Source: Ignavibacteriota bacterium (GTDB taxonomy: Bacteria; Bacteroidota; Ignavibacteria; UBA10030; UBA6906). Taken from it: 64,000 nt of DNA. The DNA lies in NCBI GenBank assembly GCA_963801355.1, contig CAWDEM010000008.1, positions 2,061,450 to 2,125,449 of the forward strand. The letters are read 5' to 3'. The stretch's first letter is position 1, and each line of letters opens with the position of its first letter. Below, one piece after another: positions 57,700 to 64,000 of this stretch. The translations under genes were made by a program, and so were the position numbers. The notes beneath the pieces are model-generated. The model saw nothing but the letters and a program-made list of their open reading frames with translations, was not told where the DNA came from and did not search any database.

Positions 57700-60600
57700 T
57701 TATTGTTGATGGATCATGTAGGTATCGTCATTCCCGCGATACTCAAACCAGTCGTAGTACGCGGAAGTCGTGGCCTTCTTCCCGAGTGAAGTGGCGTAGA
57801 GTCCGTACATGCATCCGACGAAACCACCCGCCACTTTTGTGCTCAGAAATTTCGCGTCAACGTGCTCCTTCAGCACGCTCCACCCACGATCTCCGAATCC
57901 GTACAGAAAAGCGTATGTGTCGCCGCGCGCTTCAATCTTCAGACGAACCGGCATCGTGTACTCTTTGATGGTGATCTCCCGCGATGCGATTACACGCATA
58001 TGCGTCGTCGATCCGCCGGGATCAAGGGAGGTGTAGAGCTGCAACTGGGGCCTCGTTCCTACCCTGGATTTGCAGAGGAAGTAGAAATGCGATTCGTTCT
58101 GGAAGACAACAATCCCGGCCTTCTCATTCTCCGCACTAGGGGAAAACAGCAGAGAAGTGCTCGCGGAACCGCGTAGGTGCTGCTGCCGTCTCCCCAGAAA
58201 GCTCGGATTTCCTTTGCCGGAACATGACTCGGGGCGCAACTGCAGTCCGACAAACCCCTTCCGGGACCTCAAATCATACCACTCCTCGTGCGGAGTCCTC
58301 AGGAAAGTCCAATCGCGGTCCAGCGTCCCGCCGTTGAAGTCGTCTCTTCTGGTGAAATTGCCGCCGTAGGGAACTCCCGGAGCTGATGAAGGCCTCACAG
58401 GATAAGGGTACGAGTATTGCACTTTCTCCTCGCCGGTGGTCACGATCGGCCACCCGTTCTTCCATAGCACGGGCGCAAGGAATGTTTCTCTGCCGGTATT
58501 GTAGTATCCCCCCTCGACCGGAGGATACGGCCTGCATCCAAGGAACACCGCCCACCAGTCCCCGCTTTCCGTCTCCACAAAATCGGCATGTCCGGTCGAC
58601 GTGATCGGCGCTTCTCTCGCGGGATCAAGATGCCTTTGCGTCAGTATCGGATTGCCGGCGAACGGGACATACGGACCCTCCACCGCCGCGCTCCTGAAGA
58701 CTACTTCCGAATGCTGGTCACCGGTTCCCCCCTCTGCGGCAATGAGATAGTAAGCGCCGTCCTTCTTGAAAATGTGCGGGCCTTCAATCCAGACGGGTTT
58801 CCTGGCAATATCCGTCCCCCCGTTCACGAGAAGATGTTCTTCGCCGGTGACCTTGAGCTTTCCGGTATCAAACTCATACATACGGATCGTCCTGTGTCCG
58901 TCATAGAGCGGTTTATCGTTTGGGGGAATACTATTGTAGATGATGTACGCCCTGCCATCGTCATCGAAGAACATCGACGGATCAATCCCGTTGATTTCGG
59001 GAATCCAGACCGGATTCGACCAGGGTCCCCGCGGAGAGGTCGCCGTAGCAATGAAGTTCCCCCCGATGTCGACAAGTGTGCACGTCACATAGAATTTTCC
59101 CCCGCGGTAACGGATGGCCGGCGCGAAGAGCCCGCGCGAAACACCCTGCCCGTCCAGGTTCAACTGTTCCACCCGATCCATGACGTGGCCGATGAGGTTC
59201 CAGTTCACGAGATCCCGGCTTTGAAAGACCGGGATGCCGGGAAAATAGGCGAAGGTCGAGGTGACCAGGTAGTAGTCGGCCCCGACGCGGCATATGCTCG
59301 GGTCCGGATAGAATCCGGCCAGGATAGGGTTGAAAAACATGTTCGCCACCTCCAATGATGTATCCCGTGCTGCTCCGGGCCGACAACTTTCCGGTGGTCC
59401 CAGATAGCTCGGCTTCATGCCACCGGCATCGATCACCAACTTCTGGAGCACGACACCTGGATCGACCATCCAGAATTTCAGGATATGTTCACCTGGTTTT
59501 TCGACGGTGTGCTGTGATGTCACGATGTGGATGTTGTTGGCCACCGCTTGATTCCATTCGTGAGGATATTTCCAATCAGGCACGGTATCCTTCGCATGCA
59601 TGTTGATGATCTGCGGTTGTTGCTCATCGAACGAGACCGCATAGCACAATCCCTTGTGCTCCCTCCCGGGTTCGGTGCGGAAATCCAGTGTCGGGGAGAG
59701 GTCCGCATGGACGGTGAGGCGTCCGGCTGTGAACAGATGCACACGGTACTCCAAACGGGGGGAATCGCCGCCAGGCGTCACACTTGCTGATGTGACTGGC
59801 GTAACAGTCATGGCCGAAAGCGTGCGACCCAGATCGGGTATCCGCTGCCATGCAGCGTGCGGTGTGTTCACCGCCGTTGTGTAGTGCTCCGCCTCCATGG
59901 AGAGGTACCCGTTGCTCTCCATAAAGGCATGGACGACTTGACGCTCCTGGAGGACAGGATTGTTGACAACTGCGTGAACGACAACATGGGCACTGTCCGG
60001 ACCTGTGATCGTAATGGGCACGCGCTGTTTCCCTGCCGGAGCTTTGCGCCAGTCGACGTTCACGGTAATCCGTTCTTCCGTCCGGACGCTCCCCTCGCAT
60101 GAGCTGAGCTGGAGGTATTTTTCCGGCGAATGAAGGACATAGTGCACAGGAAGAGTCCCGCGGTTGAAAACTTCGATGTAGGTCGATTGGTTGCTGTAAG
60201 GATCACATTCCGGCAATACCGCCTCGGTCGTGTCCCGCGGCCACCAGCGTGCGGATCCCTCGATTGCCACTCCCATCTCCGGAGCGGGTTTCAATGCGAT
60301 TCTCTGCACGGGAGGCGGGACGTCCTTCTCCGGCTGTTGCCATGAGGTGTAGCTAATGTGCGTCTGATCCATCATGTGGTTCCACTTGCCGCCGGCGAGC
60401 GTGCTATTGTAATAGTGGCTGATGGCAGAATCCTTGCTGAAGAGAAACGCCGCCCGGTCGGCGAGGGCGTTGGTACCGGCCCGCCCCTGTCCGGCATACA
60501 GGTGATTCATACCGACGGTGACATACAGATCGTTGAGGTTGGCACAGGCAGTCACCGGATGGAGCACGAGCTGATAGAATGCATCCTTCTGCGCAGGAGG

Positions 60601-62298
60601 GAGCGAATCGTATATGCCCTGTGCGCGTTCTGCGAGCCGTGTGTAGTCCTCGACAACGGTCGCTGCTTCACGGTAGTTGAAAAGACTGTACGTATCAGGG
60701 GCGAGGAGTTCCGGCTTCCGGCGGGAGTTGTAGGTGGTGTACGCCGTTAGAATCTCCGCGATATCTTTTGCGTGCTTTTCGCCGAACTGTTGTGCTGCCC
60801 ATTGCCGTGTGTACGCCGGCAGGCGTTCCGCGGACCACGCGTCGGGATTCCAGGCATAGTCCAGGAAGAACTGTGTGGGGAACTCCATGGGCTTGATGTC
60901 GCCGACATTCACGATCCAGATCCGGCGGGCTCCATACGCATAGGCCATGTGCATTTGCTCCCATACCCGCGCAATCTGATTTGTGTTCACCCACTTATAG
61001 TTCCTCGGCCCGCCTACATAGTCGAAGTGGTAGTAGATGCCATAGCCCCCTGCGCGCGGCGGAGCGAGAAGAGAAGGAAGTCTGCGGATGTTTCCCCAGT
61101 TGTCATCGCAGAGAAGAAGCGTGACATCATCCGGCACCCGCATGCCTTTGTCGTAGTATTCCTGCACTTCTTTGTAGAGCGCCCACACCTGCGGGATGGC
61201 CGCCGGATCCTTGCCCGTCACCTCTCCCAGAATCCGACGCTGGTCTCGCACGATGTTTTCGAGGAGTGCGATGTTGGCCCCCTCGGACATCGGCTCATCG
61301 CCGTCACCACGCATGCCCACGGTGACCAGGCTTTCGTACGAACCCATGCGCGCGATGCCCTGGCGCCAGAAGCTCCTCAGCATGCTGTCGTTTTTTTCGT
61401 AGTTCCATGGTCCCGACCCATAGCGTCGCCATTCGTCGTGAGCGCGCATCATCGGCTCATGGTGTGAGGTCCCGATCACAATGCCGAACTCGTCCGCCAG
61501 CTGCGGATTGCGCGGGTCATCATCGTAGAATGCATTCCCCCACATTGCCGGCCAGAGAAAATTTCCCTTCAGCCGGAGGATGAGCTCGAACACGTGCTCG
61601 TAGAATGCCGAGTTGAATCCGCCGAATTTCTCGCGAGTCCAACCCGACAGGGCCGGAGCTTCGTCGTTGATGAAGATGCCGCGGTATTTCACCGCCGGCT
61701 GGCCGTTGGAGTACCGGCCCGGAAGTACGAAGAGCTCCGGCTCTTTCTTCACCGGAACATCCGCCCACCAGTACCACGGCGACACGCCGGCCTTCGATGC
61801 CAGATCGAACATGCCGTAGATGGTTCCCCGCTTGTCGCTCCCCGCGATGACCAGCGCCCGGTCGATACCGGGAAGCGGGTTCTGGATTGTCTGAATCAGA
61901 AATGTTTCCCACTTCCCCGCGATGTCTCCGACATCCAGCCTTTTCTCCCGCACCAGTCTGTCAACCCACGGGCTCCGGCCGAGTGTACCGATCAGCACCA
62001 TCTCCTTCTCCGGCCCGATCCCGTCGACAGACAGAGGAGGTTCATTGCCGGTCACACGGAGAAGATCCTGCTGCAGAAGGCGTGCAACACGGGCGACCCC
62101 CGCATAGTCCTGAGAACTCACGTACAGGGCGGCGGATTTGCCCTTTGCCGACAGGGTGAACGCGTCTGCCTGCATTTTTCCCGAAACGTACCCTTCGGCT
62201 GCAGAAAGTTCCCCTGGAAGGGCAATGACAAGCAGGGCGGCCAGGATTCTCCAGCACACGGCACGATATTCCTGAGAACGGGTCAGCAGGCGGCTCAT
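57700..62298 (-). CDS. Giant fusion glycoside hydrolase: an N-terminal GH115-like alpha-glucuronidase module, a C-terminal GH43 beta-xylosidase/arabinofuranosidase module, and a beta-sandwich domain.
   Basis: The N-terminal roughly 950 aa carry GH115-like blocks (GSDKRGTIYG, YRGIFINDE, WPAMW, HHEPM). The C-terminal region has the GH43 five-bladed propeller motifs (FYPDPSICRVGADYYL, catalytic Asp/Glu regions) and a concanavalin-like tail. The start is moved to the Met MSRLLTRS with its signal peptide. Confidence 0.8.
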   Translation of the reverse strand: MSRLLTRSQEYRAVCWRILAALLVIALPGELSAAEGYVSGKMQADAFTLSAKGKSAALYVSSQDYAGVARVARLLQQDLLRVTGNEPPLSVDGIGPEKEMVLIGTLGRSPWVDRLVREKRLDVGDIAGKWETFLIQTIQNPLPGIDRALVIAGSDKRGTIYGMFDLASKAGVSPWYWWADVPVKKEPELFVLPGRYSNGQPAVKYRGIFINDEAPALSGWTREKFGGFNSAFYEHVFELILRLKGNFLWPAMWGNAFYDDDPRNPQLADEFGIVIGTSHHEPMMRAHDEWRRYGSGPWNYEKNDSMLRSFWRQGIARMGSYESLVTVGMRGDGDEPMSEGANIALLENIVRDQRRILGEVTGKDPAAIPQVWALYKEVQEYYDKGMRVPDDVTLLLCDDNWGNIRRLPSLLAPPRAGGYGIYYHFDYVGGPRNYKWVNTNQIARVWEQMHMAYAYGARRIWIVNVGDIKPMEFPTQFFLDYAWNPDAWSAERLPAYTRQWAAQQFGEKHAKDIAEILTAYTTYNSRRKPELLAPDTYSLFNYREAATVVEDYTRLAERAQGIYDSLPPAQKDAFYQLVLHPVTACANLNDLYVTVGMNHLYAGQGRAGTNALADRAAFLFSKDSAISHYYNSTLAGGKWNHMMDQTHISYTSWQQPEKDVPPPVQRIALKPAPEMGVAIEGSARWWPRDTTEAVLPECDPYSNQSTYIEVFNRGTLPVHYVLHSPEKYLQLSSCEGSVRTEERITVNVDWRKAPAGKQRVPITITGPDSAHVVVHAVVNNPVLQERQVVHAFMESNGYLSMEAEHYTTAVNTPHAAWQRIPDLGRTLSAMTVTPVTSASVTPGGDSPRLEYRVHLFTAGRLTVHADLSPTLDFRTEPGREHKGLCYAVSFDEQQPQIINMHAKDTVPDWKYPHEWNQAVANNIHIVTSQHTVEKPGEHILKFWMVDPGVVLQKLVIDAGGMKPSYLGPPESCRPGAARDTSLEVANMFFNPILAGFYPDPSICRVGADYYLVTSTFAYFPGIPVFQSRDLVNWNLIGHVMDRVEQLNLDGQGVSRGLFAPAIRYRGGKFYVTCTLVDIGGNFIATATSPRGPWSNPVWIPEINGIDPSMFFDDDGRAYIIYNSIPPNDKPLYDGHRTIRMYEFDTGKLKVTGEEHLLVNGGTDIARKPVWIEGPHIFKKDGAYYLIAAEGGTGDQHSEVVFRSAAVEGPYVPFAGNPILTQRHLDPAREAPITSTGHADFVETESGDWWAVFLGCRPYPPVEGGYYNTGRETFLAPVLWKNGWPIVTTGEEKVQYSYPYPVRPSSAPGVPYGGNFTRRDDFNGGTLDRDWTFLRTPHEEWYDLRSRKGFVGLQLRPESCSGKGNPSFLGRRQQHLRGSASTSLLFSPSAENEKAGIVVFQNESHFYFLCKSRVGTRPQLQLYTSLDPGGSTTHMRVIASREITIKEYTMPVRLKIEARGDTYAFLYGFGDRGWSVLKEHVDAKFLSTKVAGGFVGCMYGLYATSLGKKATTSAYYDWFEYRGNDDTYMIHQQ

Positions 62299-63449
62299 CT
62301 GGGACTCCCGGCGGTGTTGAGAACGGCGAAGAACGCCGGTTTCGGCTGGTAGTTCCGATCGAAGAGCAACGGATAGCTTGTCCGCCCTCTGACCGGCCAA
62401 TCATTGAGCCAGGACGTTTTGTCGGTGACACCCCAGAACGTCACCCGATCAACTGTCGCCGCATGCTTCACAAGGATGGCGAACAGACCGGCGTACCGGT
62501 CAGTCAGTACTTTCTGCATTGAATCGGGAAGCGCGTCGGGATACGGGTTCAGTTCCTTGCGCAGTTCGACTCTCATGTTGATATCTGCACCCTCGTAATC
62601 CCACGCCGCGGGCAGTATATTCATGTCCATCTCGGTGACCAGCACCTTGACGCCGAGGCCTGCGACAGCCGAGATGAAATTTTCGAGATCGTCATCTGTC
62701 GGGTAATCCATCCCCCAATGTCCCTGAATGCCCACGGCATCGATCCGGAGACCCCGCGCCTTGAGATCCTTGACCAGGCGCACCGCTGCATCCCGCTTTG
62801 CCGGCTTGTCGAGCGAGAAGTCGTTGTAGTACAATTCGGCGCCGGGATCGACCTGGTTCGTGTACTCAAAAGCCTTTGCCACGAAGTCTTCCCCCACCGT
62901 CTGCACCCAGAGGCTCTGCCGGAGTCCCCCTTCGTCGGTGAGAGCCTCATTGACCACATCCCACCCCTTTACCCTGCCCTTATAGCGGCCCACCACGGTC
63001 TCAATGTGCTGCCGCATGCGCAGGAGCATCGCATCACGACCCAGCAGCTTCCCCTGTGCATCGACAAACGTCCAGGCAGGAATCTGGTCATGCCAGACGA
63101 GCGCATGCCCCGCGATGAACATGTTATGCTTTTCGCCGAACGTCACAAAACGGTCGGCCGCTTCAAAATCATACATGTCAGGCTGCGGATGGATGTGCAC
63201 CCACTTCATCACGTTCTCGGCTGTCACACTGTTGCACTGTTGCAGGACTATTGCAACAGCCTGCGAATCCCTGCCGGTAACCATGTCATCGTTCAACGCA
63301 GCACCGATCAGAAAATCCTTGTCGTACGCGCCTTTCAGTGTGGTCCGGTCATGGCTGTCACTGCACGTGAATGCTCCGAGGGCCGCGAGTAATACAGAGG
63401 CCGCAAGGAAGCCCTGCCAAAAGTTTCTTGTCTGCGCTTTCGTGGGCAT
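62295..63449 (-). CDS. GH10 endo-1,4-beta-xylanase, probably a lipoprotein.
   Basis: GH10 catalytic motifs VNEAL (acid/base) and TEMDMN (nucleophile). The signal peptide has a Cys (ALGAFTCSD). The start is moved to MPTKAQ. Confidence 0.85.
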   Translation of the reverse strand: MPTKAQTRNFWQGFLAASVLLAALGAFTCSDSHDRTTLKGAYDKDFLIGAALNDDMVTGRDSQAVAIVLQQCNSVTAENVMKWVHIHPQPDMYDFEAADRFVTFGEKHNMFIAGHALVWHDQIPAWTFVDAQGKLLGRDAMLLRMRQHIETVVGRYKGRVKGWDVVNEALTDEGGLRQSLWVQTVGEDFVAKAFEYTNQVDPGAELYYNDFSLDKPAKRDAAVRLVKDLKARGLRIDAVGIQGHWGMDYPTDDDLENFISAVAGLGVKVLVTEMDMNILPAAWDYEGADINMRVELRKELNPYPDALPDSMQKVLTDRYAGLFAILVKHAATVDRVTFWGVTDKTSWLNDWPVRGRTSYPLLFDRNYQPKPAFFAVLNTAGSPR

Positions 63450-63451
63450 AT

Positions 63452-64000
63452 TCACCTCTCCTCGTTTGAGCGGCGGATGGGCATCAGGCTGAATCGTTGA
63501 AAATACTGAAGGCACGTATCCCTCCAACTCGCTGCGTCAATCTTCTGCTTCTCGAGCCGTGCCTTGACGTGCGCGAATACTGCAGAGTCGACTGAGTGCT
63601 CAAGCGACAGCCAGGTGCCATACATCGAATCTACGTATTCCGTTCCCGTGTAGTATTTCGTACACAGCTCTTCCCAGAGCGTCCTTCCCGATTGCATGTG
63701 GTGATCCCAACTGACATGGTGGAACCAGAGGAGGTACTTCTCCGGGCATGATGCAACTCCATCTAGCTGTTCACGTAGGGGAGAAGCGTACTGACTCACT
63801 GCATTGCTCCCGGTGGAGCTACGGTCATAGCCAAGACCGACGGCATCTGCCCGATGGTAGTACGTCGAACGCCAATCCACCCTCCCCGTGTCGAGTTGGG
63901 GTCCGGGGCCGTAGTGAACATCCACCTGCATAATGTGATGCAATCCCAATGGGGTCATGTAGTTGACACATGCCTCCCATGAACCCATCATCATTGCGTG
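63452..64000 (-). CDS. GH67 alpha-glucuronidase, C-terminal part. The gene continues beyond the right edge of the window.
   Basis: GH67 C-terminal domain blocks GLGYDRSSTGSNAVSQY and YLLWFHHVSWDHHMQSGRTLWEEL. The ORF is open to the window edge. Confidence 0.65.
   Translation of the reverse strand, partial: HAMMMGSWEACVNYMTPLGLHHIMQVDVHYGPGPQLDTGRVDWRSTYYHRADAVGLGYDRSSTGSNAVSQYASPLREQLDGVASCPEKYLLWFHHVSWDHHMQSGRTLWEELCTKYYTGTEYVDSMYGTWLSLEHSVDSAVFAHVKARLEKQKIDAASWRDTCLQYFQRFSLMPIRRSNEER

Noticed and set aside
1-64000. Mobile elements, CRISPR arrays, and tRNA/rRNA genes.
   Set aside because: There are no transposase, integrase, phage or Cas-like translations. No arrays of regularly spaced direct repeats appear. 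No intergenic region shows the cloverleaf-compatible sequence or conserved T-loop (GTTCRANYC) pattern expected for tRNAs. The region reads as core chromosome.

Overview
This is a roughly 60% GC, gene-dense (about 90% coding) chromosomal segment. Six CDS carry C-terminal type IX secretion (T9SS/Por) sorting domains with 'NYPNPFNP...VYD(I/M)LGR' motifs, so the source organism is probably in or near the FCB group. The promoter candidates that can be read are sigma70-like (TTGACA-N17-TAnnnT). I call about 48 CDS. I find no rRNA, tRNA, CRISPR, integrase, transposase or phage genes, so this looks like core chromosome rather than a mobile island.

Functional blocks, in order:
- A truncated membrane sensor gene at the left edge, missed by the ORF track.
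- A 975-aa FAD/Fe-S oxidoreductase.
- A translationally coupled peptide-catabolism operon: POT peptide transporter, Gfo/Idh/MocA oxidoreductase, M19 dipeptidase, alpha/beta hydrolase.
- Ferritin.
- A protease cluster: a T9SS-secreted M1 aminopeptidase, an active/inactive M16 pair, and an M28 peptidase fused to a polytopic membrane domain.
- A PduO-type corrinoid adenosyltransferase, a Yip1-like membrane protein, MntP, and a URO-D/MtaA-like protein.
- Quinol-type nitric oxide reductase (qNOR).
- Two cold-shock protein paralogs whose long 5' leaders share a conserved 20-nt hairpin element.
- A GH42-like/GT4/YdjC polysaccharide module.
- An amino-sugar salvage operon: T9SS-secreted GH3 NagZ-like enzyme, SSS symporter, sugar-1-P nucleotidyltransferase, and a GHMP anomeric kinase.
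- A four-gene glycyl radical enzyme operon: SSS transporter, activase, GRE eliminase with a GCVE motif, and a SerA-like 2-hydroxyacid dehydrogenase.
- Two tandem double-GNAT paralogs.
- A T9SS cargo gene followed by a beta-barrel outer membrane protein gene.
- A large TonB-dependent receptor.
- A T9SS-exported peptidoglycan amidase with a SpoIID/LytB partner.
- A xylan module: xylulokinase, a 1566-aa GH115-GH43 fusion, a GH10 xylanase, and a partial GH67.

All function calls rest on motifs read directly from the provided translations. No database search was run.
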